A stretch of 13,732 nucleotides of DNA from contig JBGCDR010000401.1 in assembly GCA_045105515.1 (NCBI GenBank), positions 1-13,732 on the forward strand, written 5' to 3'. Both the position numbers and the translations under genes were made by a program. This stretch comes from Oligoflexales bacterium (GTDB lineage: Bacteria; Bdellovibrionota_B; Oligoflexia; Oligoflexales; Bog-1112). Below the pieces are notes generated by a model, which ran no database searches, was not told the DNA's origin, and worked only from the letters and a program-made list of their open reading frames with translations. Positions 1-8,933 of this stretch are shown here, one piece after another (the stretch's first letter is position 1; each line of letters starts with the position of its first letter).

Positions 1-94
1 CGCAGCTTCTTCAAAGTTAAGAGTCAGAATTGATAAGCTTCGTGATGAAATAGGTTACGCAGCAGCAGGTCTTTGGAACTATAAAATAACATAA
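1..94 (+). CDS. 3' end of an unidentified CDS running in from the left edge (partial)
   Basis: Frame starting at base 2 is open (AASSKLRVRIDKLRDEIGYAAAGLWNYKIT) to TAA at 92-94, followed by an AT-rich spacer; convergent with the permease gene. Confidence 0.5.
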   Translation, partial: AASSKLRVRIDKLRDEIGYAAAGLWNYKIT

Positions 95-187
95 ATTAAG
101 CTACCAAAGGGTTTTATCAATTGTTAGACAACTCTATTAAGACTACACCCCGATTACTCACAAATATCCCTATTCATAATTATTTGG

Positions 188-1009
188 CTAACCTTTAATC
201 CCAGCTGAAGGTACCCCCTTGGCAAAGTGCTTTTGTACAAGCAAACTCAACAAAAAAATCGGTACCATGACAATCATAGATGACGCAGACATTGCACCCC
301 ATTCGATACGGTCACTAGTCATGTAAGCATTAATTGCCAGTGGTGCAGTTTTTGTTTGGGAACCGGCCAAAATTAAAGAATATAAAAAATCATTCCAACT
401 AAAAAGGAAACAAAAAATACTCGCTACCAGGACTCCCGGCAAGGCAAGTGGTAAATAAACCATAGAAAAAATTTTGGTGCTGCTTAAACCATCAATAACC
501 GCTGCCTCACCTAAATCATGAGGAAGGGCTACAAAAAACGGCAAGAGAATCCAAATACAGAAAGGTAGAATAAATGACATATGAGCTATGACTAGCCCCC
601 ATATGGTATCGTGTACACCAAGCAGATCCACAAGCAAAAAAACAGGCATAGCAAGGGCGACAGGAGGTACCATACGTGAGCATAGAATCGTCAAAGTCAA
701 GAATTTCTTTCCGCGAAATTTAAAGCGGGCTAGAGCAAAGGCTGCTAGTGACGCGATGATAATTGAAAAGAAGGTTGCAAATATTGCTACGGTTAAAGAT
801 ACCCAAATATGACTTAAGAATCCATCTTCAGTCAAAACTTTTTCATAATTTTCGAGGCTTAAACCGATGAACGACAGCGACATCCCATCTTCCATCAATG
901 CCAAGGGTGTCTTAAAACTAGTCAAAGCTATCACATAGATTGGAAAAAATTGAGCTATAGCCAAAAACATGGCAGGAATAAATACTAAGTATTTAAGTTT
1001 ATGATTCAT
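188..1009 (-). CDS. Carbohydrate ABC transporter permease (MalG/UgpE-like, CUT1)
   Basis: 273 aa, about 6 TM segments; AAFALARFKFRG, EAA loop EAAVIDG, FLFSWNDFL, WGAMSA motifs; ATGA overlap with the upstream permease. Confidence 0.95.
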   Translation of the reverse strand: MNHKLKYLVFIPAMFLAIAQFFPIYVIALTSFKTPLALMEDGMSLSFIGLSLENYEKVLTEDGFLSHIWVSLTVAIFATFFSIIIASLAAFALARFKFRGKKFLTLTILCSRMVPPVALAMPVFLLVDLLGVHDTIWGLVIAHMSFILPFCIWILLPFFVALPHDLGEAAVIDGLSSTKIFSMVYLPLALPGVLVASIFCFLFSWNDFLYSLILAGSQTKTAPLAINAYMTSDRIEWGAMSASSMIVMVPIFLLSLLVQKHFAKGVPSAGIKG

Positions 1010-1893
1010 GCTAAGTCCTTTACCCCGCTAAATTTAGTCTTGATATGTGAAAAAACAGCAATAAAGGTGAGACTAATGATTAACAACACAAAGCTTGCTG
1101 CTGAACCATAACTAAATTCACGAAACTCAGTGATTTGTTTAACTATAAACAATGGTAGAATTGTTGTTGCATTTCCAGGCCCTCCCCCTGTCATGACAAA
1201 AATTTCTGTAAATGCCTTAAACGATTCAATGACCTTCAATAGTACAGCAACAACAAGGGTCGGTTTTAATGCAGGTAAAATGACGTACCAGCACTGAGCA
1301 ATGAAATTGGCCCCATCCAATTTTATAGCTTCCAATTGCTCTTTTGAAACCATCTGCAAGCCCGCATAAATAATAATAAACATGAAGGGCCACATCCTCC
1401 ACACATCCTGGGCGAGTACCAAAACGAAGGCGCCGAAAGGATCGCCGAGAATATCAGGTACCTCAAGGCCCATTCGATAAAATATTGATCCTAAGACCCC
1501 ATTTTCAGGATCAAAAATATAGCGAAACCCTAAGCCAGAGACCACTGGGATCACGAACATTGGCAAGAGGAGAAATGCTTGAATTTTATTTGCATTCGGT
1601 AGGTAATGATCGAGGTAAAGAGCTACTCCTAAACCCAATGCTAGTTCCACACTTGTGCTTACAAGTACGAAGGCAAACAATAAGAAAAAAGAATATAAAA
1701 ATTCTTTATCTACCAGTAACATTCTAAAGTTTTTAAGCCCAATAAAAACCTGGGTTCCATTACTAAGATCTAGCTGCTCAAAAAAACAGAGGTATAAGGT
1801 ATAAAGACAAGGGATAAAAAGAAGTAAGGTGAACATTGAAATGCTGGGAGCTAGAAATCCAAAGATGGTACGTCGAGAGACTAAAAAACTCAT
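1006..1893 (-). CDS. Carbohydrate ABC transporter permease (MalF/UgpA-like, CUT1)
   Basis: 295 aa, multi-TM; FIGLKNF, W..WPF...IYAGLQ, EAA-like EAIKLDGA, IFVMTGGGPG, YGSAAS motifs. Confidence 0.95.
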   Translation of the reverse strand: MSFLVSRRTIFGFLAPSISMFTLLLFIPCLYTLYLCFFEQLDLSNGTQVFIGLKNFRMLLVDKEFLYSFFLLFAFVLVSTSVELALGLGVALYLDHYLPNANKIQAFLLLPMFVIPVVSGLGFRYIFDPENGVLGSIFYRMGLEVPDILGDPFGAFVLVLAQDVWRMWPFMFIIIYAGLQMVSKEQLEAIKLDGANFIAQCWYVILPALKPTLVVAVLLKVIESFKAFTEIFVMTGGGPGNATTILPLFIVKQITEFREFSYGSAASFVLLIISLTFIAVFSHIKTKFSGVKDLA

Positions 1894-1903
1894 GCTGCGC
1901 TCA

Positions 1904-3199
1904 TCAAGTTTGGGTGATAGATTTTTTAGGAAATTTATAGCGATTTAAACTACTTTTGATCCCTGAGACTGCTTCTTCAACTGTCATTGTTTCGGCTATC
2001 ACACAAGTGAAATAGTGGGAAACCATATCAGAAAATTTACGATATTCAGATAGATGAGGTCTAATCCGAGCTGACTTGAAACTTTTTAGCATGCCGTCAA
2101 AGTATATATGCTTTTTCTGTAGATCAGAATCTTCGAGTAAATCGATTCTTGCTGGATTCATTCCGTACTCAACTAAAGATTTACCGGATGACTTTGAAGC
2201 CCACCAACTTGCAAATTCGCTGGCTAAAGACTTCTCAGTTGATGTTTTGGCGATACCTATAAACCACACTCCCGCAATAGGTGCTGAACCTCCCGGACCT
2301 TTTGGTGGCTGAGTATAGATTGTTTTCCCATGAACTTTCGAGCGCTTAGGATCTTCGAGAGTTTTAGCAAAACTTGGCCAATTCAACATTTGCACCAGCT
2401 TACCCTTAGCATAAACAGCCATGCGCTCAGCATGATGCCATGATTTTGCTCCTTTGGGTGCATACTTCATCATTCGTAAATAGAATCTTAGAGCCTTGGA
2501 AGCTTTTTTTTCATCAAAAACTGGATCACCTTGAGCATCAAAGAAATCAACACCAAAGGTTTTAAACAACCACAAAGCTTCTACAGTTGTGCCTTCAGAT
2601 CTTTTCGTAAAAGGAGCAAAGCCATAAAGTTTAGGAGGCCGGTAGAAAAAAGCCGCTACATCTTCCATCTCTTTTAGAGATTGAGGAACACCCAGTTTAT
2701 ATCCATATTTTTTTTCAAAAGCTGCTTTTTCACCTGGATCATTGATAAGATCCTTCCTAACCTGATACAGATACACATTTCCATTGATTGGTAATCCAAA
2801 GGCAGTTTTATTATATGTTGACGCACTTTGAGCGGCTGGCAAATATTTATCTAATGCAACCTCTGCAGGATCTATAAGTCTAGGAATTGCCCATTTTTCA
2901 AGAGGTAGTAGTAGTTTACTCACTGATCCAATAAAAGGTTCATCAACGGTGTAAACATCATAACTCCCACCGGCCATTTGATCGGTAAATATTTTGGTAA
3001 CCACCATACTTGAAGCTATATCATCAAATATGATTTTTGCACCTGTTCTTCGTTCAAAGTCACTCAAAGCTTTTTCTACAGCTATTGAATGACTATCTTT
3101 GAAAGAAAGAACCTTAAGAGTCTTACCTTTATAAGCTTGTGCGCTTAAGAGACTTGAAATTAGATAAATACTCAACAGAAGGGGTAGTCGGATACCCAT
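1904..3199 (-). CDS. Carbohydrate ABC transporter periplasmic substrate-binding protein
   Basis: 431 aa with N-terminal signal peptide (..LLSAQA); FERRTGAKI, YDV, FGLP, RKDL, P.S..E..DVA.FF motifs typical of sugar-binding proteins; 10 nt upstream of two permeases. Confidence 0.92.
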   Translation of the reverse strand: MGIRLPLLLSIYLISSLLSAQAYKGKTLKVLSFKDSHSIAVEKALSDFERRTGAKIIFDDIASSMVVTKIFTDQMAGGSYDVYTVDEPFIGSVSKLLLPLEKWAIPRLIDPAEVALDKYLPAAQSASTYNKTAFGLPINGNVYLYQVRKDLINDPGEKAAFEKKYGYKLGVPQSLKEMEDVAAFFYRPPKLYGFAPFTKRSEGTTVEALWLFKTFGVDFFDAQGDPVFDEKKASKALRFYLRMMKYAPKGAKSWHHAERMAVYAKGKLVQMLNWPSFAKTLEDPKRSKVHGKTIYTQPPKGPGGSAPIAGVWFIGIAKTSTEKSLASEFASWWASKSSGKSLVEYGMNPARIDLLEDSDLQKKHIYFDGMLKSFKSARIRPHLSEYRKFSDMVSHYFTCVIAETMTVEEAVSGIKSSLNRYKFPKKSITQT

Positions 3200-3208
3200 A
3201 GTGTAAAC

Positions 3209-3263
3209 CTGCCTATATATATGATTAAATGCTAACTAAAAGCAATAATTTATATATAGGCAG
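3209..3263. repeat. Perfect 13-bp inverted repeat / extended hairpin between peptidase and ABC operon
   Basis: CTGCCTATATATA (3209-3221) and TATATATAGGCAG (3251-3263); extra inner pairing GATTA/TAATT and TGCT/AGCA. Confidence 0.85.
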
Positions 3264-3285
3264 ATGTAAAGAATAATTTCAGGAT

Positions 3286-5337
3286 TTATTCAAACCAGCT
3301 AAAAAATGCTTCTTCATTAGGTTCCCTACCAAGAAAATTTTTCAGTAAAGCAAATGGATCTTTACTGCCACCAGGCTCTAAAATCCACTTCTTGTAATCT
3401 AATCCAGTTTGAGGATTAAGCAGTCCTTCCTCCGTAAATCTGGTAAACATGTCAGCTGCATAGATTTCAGACCATAAATACCCATAATATCCGGCATCAT
3501 AGCCACCCATAAGGTGACCAAAACCTGCTTCTGGTACACTATCTCTTAACGGTTTTAATAGGGTTATCTGTTCGAAGACATCATGATATATTTGCGTGGG
3601 ATTAATATCTGCATCAGCTAAGCTAAGTTGATGATACTTCATATCAATGCTTGCAAAGAACAACTGCCGCGTATACATGTAACCGCTATTAAATTTTCTA
3701 GCTTTTAACATCTTATCGAGTAAATCCTTGGGAAGAACCGCTCCATTTTGATAATGGGATGATATCTTTTTTAGAATATCTTCTTCCCATACCCAATTTT
3801 CAAGCATTTGAGAAGGAGCTTCTACAAAATCTCTTTTCACACTAGTACCAGACAAAGTCGCATACTTTGACGTAGTCAAGGTTTGATGCATGATATGACC
3901 AAACTCATGAAATAAAGTTTCAACTTCCGTATGTTTAAGTAAGGAGGGTTTGTCATTACTTGCCTTAGTAAAGTTGGCAACTATTGCAGACACTGGCATT
4001 GAATATTGGCCTGTGCGCCTTTTGTATCCTTTCTTTAAAGTGAAAGCTGCTGCATGACCGTATTTGCCCGCACGGGGAAAAAGATCCATATAAAAACCTG
4101 CTATAGGTTTCTGAGTTTCAGTATTGATAATATCGTAATAGCTTACTGACTCATGCCAAACTTCTTGACTAGAAGACCTCTTAAACTCTACTCCCAATAA
4201 GGTTTGATAGACCTCGAACATTCCAGCAATCACTTTACTAGCCGGAAAATACTTCTGCACTTCTTCACTATCAAAATCGTAAGACTCCTTTTTAATTTTC
4301 TTAGAAAAGTAGTTGACATCCCATGGATCTAAACTCGCACTCGAATCAGCTAGTTCCTGACGTTTTCTTTCTAGCATCCGCTCTAAATCATGTTTATTTT
4401 TGGATTTTAGCTTTGATCCCACCTTTTCTAACATTTCTGCTACTTTAATTGGAGATTTAGCCATCCTGTTCTTTAGAGATTTTTCAGCATGATTATCAAA
4501 GCCAAGTAAATTCGCTACCTGAGCACGAATCTTGATTGCTTCTCCCAATCTTTTGCTGTTTTCTATGCCACCACGATTCGCATAGGAGCGATAAATCTTT
4601 TTTCTAACATCGGATTTTTCAATTGACTCTATTGCTGGCCTATAGTGTGGATACTTCATTGTAAGTTTATACAATCCACTTTCCGAATCTTGTTCTAAGT
4701 TGGAAATAAAGCCATCAGATAATCCTTTTAGTTCCTCCTTGTTAAGAAGCACGTGAGAACTATCGTTATTTAACTGTTCTGCAAATTCAGAGCTTAATTC
4801 AATCAGCCTAGCATTTAAATTTTTTAGTTTTTCCCTTTTTTCCTCCGAAAGATGCAAGCCATTCTCAAAAAAGCTGTCTAGATATTCTTGTAAAAGTAAT
4901 TGTTCTTCAGGTTTAAGATTTTGCTGACTTGTATTAAAGAAATTGACTCTCTTGAAAAGATCTGTATTTGTGAAGGCATTTAATACTGCTTCCTGGGCAG
5001 CTTTTTCACAGTCCATCCCAGCTTTCCGCTTCTCATCTTCAGTTGCGGTATAACCATAAAAACTAATAGGCTCAACTTGATAACTAAAACTGGCAAAAGA
5101 TTCTTCTAAGCTCCCCATAATAGCTTCAAAGCTACTCTGATCATTCCTAATTATTTGATCAAGTGAAGATTTAAGTTGGTCAATAGCGCCAATACATTTC
5201 TGATTTATTTCTGTATCAGTTAAACTCCAAGTCATACGAGCCCCCGAACCTACTGAATCTTGTATCGTGTTTTTTTTAGTATTGATGCCACAGCCGGCAA
5301 GCAAAAGACCAGAAAACAATACTTCTTTATGCTTCAT
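3286..5337 (-). CDS. M3A family zinc metallopeptidase (thimet oligopeptidase/oligopeptidase A-like), predicted lipoprotein
   Basis: HEFGH zinc motif (3895-3909), FYMDLFPRAGKYGHAA, DFVEAPSQMLENW, FGHLMGGYDAGYYGYLWSE, FLGREP; lipobox LAGC (Cys16); RBS AGGAG 5 nt before ATG. Confidence 0.95.
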   Translation of the reverse strand: MKHKEVLFSGLLLAGCGINTKKNTIQDSVGSGARMTWSLTDTEINQKCIGAIDQLKSSLDQIIRNDQSSFEAIMGSLEESFASFSYQVEPISFYGYTATEDEKRKAGMDCEKAAQEAVLNAFTNTDLFKRVNFFNTSQQNLKPEEQLLLQEYLDSFFENGLHLSEEKREKLKNLNARLIELSSEFAEQLNNDSSHVLLNKEELKGLSDGFISNLEQDSESGLYKLTMKYPHYRPAIESIEKSDVRKKIYRSYANRGGIENSKRLGEAIKIRAQVANLLGFDNHAEKSLKNRMAKSPIKVAEMLEKVGSKLKSKNKHDLERMLERKRQELADSSASLDPWDVNYFSKKIKKESYDFDSEEVQKYFPASKVIAGMFEVYQTLLGVEFKRSSSQEVWHESVSYYDIINTETQKPIAGFYMDLFPRAGKYGHAAAFTLKKGYKRRTGQYSMPVSAIVANFTKASNDKPSLLKHTEVETLFHEFGHIMHQTLTTSKYATLSGTSVKRDFVEAPSQMLENWVWEEDILKKISSHYQNGAVLPKDLLDKMLKARKFNSGYMYTRQLFFASIDMKYHQLSLADADINPTQIYHDVFEQITLLKPLRDSVPEAGFGHLMGGYDAGYYGYLWSEIYAADMFTRFTEEGLLNPQTGLDYKKWILEPGGSKDPFALLKNFLGREPNEEAFFSWFE

Positions 5338-5438
5338 TTGTACTCCTAAGTGTTAAATAAACAAGCATACAATAGCTTGGTTATACGGATAGTAGTAACT
5401 TAAAGAGCCTATAAAGTTAATTTAAAATATTTATCTGG

Positions 5439-7907
5439 CTATAAAGTAAGGTGTTTAGGGAAGTATAGATCAAGTTTAAATTTTACATAGTCTGGATTTG
5501 AAGAACTATCCTGAAGTATATTGACTGCGGCATAACCCTGTATTTCTTCAATGAAGTGTTTTACTGCATTCATACCTATACCTCGTCCTGCCACATCATC
5601 AACCTGCTCCTTGGTTGAAACGCCTGATTCCCAAATTAGATTTGCTAAGAATTGAGGGCTTTCCATTTGCTTGTTTGAAATATTATCTAGTTTCTGAGCC
5701 CTCTGTCTTAGCTTTTGTAGGTTTAGACCGAAACCACTATCCTGATAAAAGACATGGAATCCTCCCCCATCTATTTGGATATCAAGATCAATTCTAAATA
5801 AACTAGGTTCAGATTCTAGAAAACCATGGCTATAAGAATTTCTGAATAAGTGACCGAAAATATCTTGAAAAAGAATTTGGTATTCATTCTTGATTAATAC
5901 TTTTTGGTCTTTGATACATAATTCAGGCATATTTTTACTATGATCCTTAGATAAGGCATTAAACTCCTTTACACAAGGTGCAATCGTATCTGCAAAACTA
6001 GATGCCCTCAGATGCTTAATCTTTTTAGCGATCCTATTAAGATTTGGCTTAGAACTCTGCTGACAAATTTCAATTTCAACCAGCAAATTATCAATTTCTT
6101 GATTACTCATGACCAAAGAGCCCTTACGACTCATAATTCCACTTGAAAAATTCTGAATTCCTGAAGCCATATCAGTGATTTTTTTCCATCTAGCCTCCAG
6201 CTCTTCCATTTTTCGACAAAACCAGTCAATGGAAATCTCGCTTTTATTTTCATTTATGCCTGATTCAAAGCGGTGGGTAATATCACAAACTCCGGTAAAC
6301 CCATATGTTCGTGAGTTGCCTTTAATCGTATGAAGATAACGCAGAGCACTTTCAAGATTATTTTTACTGAGTATATTTTCATCATTATTGATCTCATGCA
6401 AACTAGCAAGTAAGCCAACCATACTTTCAGAATAAGTAGAATACTTCTCAGCATCTAAACTCATAATACTGTTAAATATTTTGAGTTTTTCCCTTTGATT
6501 TAGACTCTCTTGTTCCAAAGTTTTGAATTCAGTAACATCATTGATACATGCCAATATTTTATCTATATTTTGGTGTTCATCAATGGTAAAAGACCAATTA
6601 ATCTGGATGAATTTATCCTTACCAGCTATGTTGATCAAAAATTCATTAGGCAGGCTTCCTTTATTGATTTCAAAAGTGAGGTTAGGCTCTCCTAAACAGG
6701 TATTAATAATTTGCTGAGATCTTTGTTTTTCATCCTCAGACAAATTACTCACATCGATTAAGAGCTTGCTAAAATCCTGTGAAGCTATTTCTGAACTTTC
6801 AAATATTTTTTCAGTCTCACGGCTATATTCCAGGCCTATTTTGCCATTTTTTTCGATAACAACGACTCCAGTGGGAACAGATTTAAGGATAGCTGAAATC
6901 CCTCGTTGTGTTTCACTTAATTCTTTGGTTCTTTGTACGACTTTCAATTCGAGATCTTTCTTTTGATGCTCAATAATCAAAAGGGCCCTTTTAAGACTAG
7001 AAGATAACGAAATAAGACCCTTACTAATCAAGAATACTAACAATAAACAAATCAACGCTAACGGTACAACATAGTAAATGATACTTTTGCTTATTACTTT
7101 TAAAGATTCAAACAATTTTTTTAGAGATGTGGTTACCTGAATAGTACCGATATATTCTTTTTCAGAGTTAGCTATTTCAAACTCTGAAAAAGAATATGTT
7201 GTGCCGCCATATTGTACAAGATCATCTTTTTTGTTCTTTTTTGAAAGAAAGATGACTTTCTTTCCATCCCTGAGGGTCGAATGTTTTTTTTCATCACCAA
7301 CTATGAGAGCTAGTTCTGTATTTATACTAAATGCCCACTGATCTAATAAGGAAGCATTAACTTCTTTTCCTATAAGTAAATAACCTATATGATTTCCATC
7401 TAAAAAAATGTATTTACTAGAGAGTGCATAGAGCTTGTTTTCAATTAATTCAAAGGTATTATTTTGCTTGTTATATTCTGTGTTTTTTAAAACATGCCAA
7501 TCATCAAATACTTCTGATACGCGATTTACCCAATAAGGCTGCGAAATTATAACTTCACCATCTATACCTAGGATTTCAATAAAATCAGCCTTCAAAAAAG
7601 TTCTTGTTTCGTTCACTTTCATTCGAAAATACCTAATATTTTCACCTTCAATCGCGTTAGCAGTTAGCTTTGCAAAGTCCATCCCCTCACTGATGGCATA
7701 GGTGTTTTTTCCGAGTTCTTCGAACATATCACCTACAAGTTTTTCTAAGCGCGCAATACCAGATTCAGTTTATTCGATTTCACGCTGTTTTGCATAATGA
7801 TATAGGGGATTAACCGAACGCTCTATGGAAACAATCAACATAGCAACCACTATGGCTGCTAAGAGCCATGGAATAAGATTGATATATTTTTTCACCAAAT
7901 GTTCCAT
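5439..7907 (-). pseudogene. Membrane-bound PAS / Hpt / CheA-like HATPase sensor kinase with an in-frame stop at codon 46 (ORF track calls only 5439-7727)
   Basis: From ATG 7907 the frame reads MEHLVKKYINLIPWLLAAIVVAMLIVSIERSVNPLYHYAKQREIE*TESGIARLEKLVGD-MFEELG, TAA at 7772-7770. Downstream: second TM (IIYYVVPLALICLLLVFLI), PAS start ILKSVPTGVVVI, Hpt LHTIKGNSRTYGF, N-box HLFRNSYSHG, DSGFGL, SGVST..AGRGIGM. Family call is strong; pseudogene versus sequencing error is unresolved. Confidence 0.75.
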
Positions 7908-7924
7908 ATTATCTTCTCAGAAAA

Positions 7925-8902
7925 CTATTCCTTAACCTGAATTTTTCCGTTTTTAATCTGTTCTTCTAACTCTCTGACTTCAGCAATTACTTCAGACTTG
8001 CCTTTTGATTTCAAGATTGACTTAGTGTGTTCATCAATAGCGCAGGACACCCCAAGTTCTTTTATCCCCATTTTTGTAGTACCAACTGTAAATATGCCCT
8101 TGCTGTGATCTGCCAAAATATTAAAGATCGCCTGGTCAATTCTTTTAACCATACTAGTTAAAATCCTTCCCGGAGCTAGATGATTTTGGTTAACATCCAC
8201 CCCAATCGCAAACTTTTTGGCTTCTTGCGCAGCTTCAATGACCCCCATACCGCTACCTCCAGCAACTGCAAAAACAATATCTGCTCCCTTGCGGAATTGG
8301 TCATGGGTTAGCTCTTTAGCTTTTGAGGGATTAATCCAAGCATTGTTGTCATTACCAATATAATCTACATGGAGAGTTTTTTTTGCGTTTGCCTTTTTGA
8401 TTCCTTGACGAAACCCAGATTCGAACCTTTTTAGCACTGGGATAGGGACCCCTCCAACAAAGCCTAGGCTTGGCTTTTCTGAGAACTTTCCAGCTAGATA
8501 ACCAACTAGAAAAGATCCTTCCTGTTCCTTAAAAACGATGTTTTTAACGTTCGGAGCATCTACTATACTATCTATGATGGCAAAATGGACTTTGGGGTAT
8601 TTCTCAGATAAATCTGCTACAATTTGTCGCAATGCATAGCTCAGAAAGATTAGTAAAGGCACGCCCTTTTTGATTGCCTTTTCAGCTTTCTTTATAGTTC
8701 CTTTCTTACCCCAACCTTCTATTTCTTTGATTTTTAGTCCCAAGTCCTTTCTTGCTTTCTCCACACCTTCATGAGCTAAGTCATTGAAGGTTTTATCACC
8801 CTTGCCATCAAAAGTATAAACCATTGCAGCATCATACTTGGGACTTCCATAAGCCGAAATAAAAGAAACCGTAAAAAACATTACCCAAACAAGTGAGCGC
8901 AT
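7925..8902 (-). CDS. BMP/PnrA family periplasmic substrate-binding protein
   Basis: GDKTFND, HFAIIDS, FKEQEGSFLVG, GFVGG, GADIVFAVAGGSG.GVIEAA, AIGVDVNQ, ILTSMVKRID motifs. Start moved from 8920 to ATG 8902 because AAGGAG lies 6 nt upstream and MRSLVWVMFFTVSFISAYG is a signal peptide without a lipobox Cys. Confidence 0.93.
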   Translation of the reverse strand: MRSLVWVMFFTVSFISAYGSPKYDAAMVYTFDGKGDKTFNDLAHEGVEKARKDLGLKIKEIEGWGKKGTIKKAEKAIKKGVPLLIFLSYALRQIVADLSEKYPKVHFAIIDSIVDAPNVKNIVFKEQEGSFLVGYLAGKFSEKPSLGFVGGVPIPVLKRFESGFRQGIKKANAKKTLHVDYIGNDNNAWINPSKAKELTHDQFRKGADIVFAVAGGSGMGVIEAAQEAKKFAIGVDVNQNHLAPGRILTSMVKRIDQAIFNILADHSKGIFTVGTTKMGIKELGVSCAIDEHTKSILKSKGKSEVIAEVRELEEQIKNGKIQVKE

Positions 8903-8933
8903 TTTATACTCCTTATACATTTTTTTAAGATAC

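Noticed and set aside
588..2312. Short plus-strand ORFs 588-812, 1485-1727, 2076-2312
   Set aside because: Antisense shadows inside well-supported ABC genes; no motifs or RBS.
5615..6966. Short ORFs 5615-5797, 6254-6454, 6510-6695, 6523-6717, 6766-6966
   Set aside because: All nested in the kinase gene; no recognisable features.
7770..7772. Selenocysteine/pyrrolysine or alternative genetic code at the internal stop
   Set aside because: The codon is TAA, not TGA/TAG, and TAA terminates several other genes in this window.
8903..8920. Longer BMP start at 8920
   Set aside because: Those codons contain the AAGGAG RBS for ATG 8902, which gives a better signal peptide.
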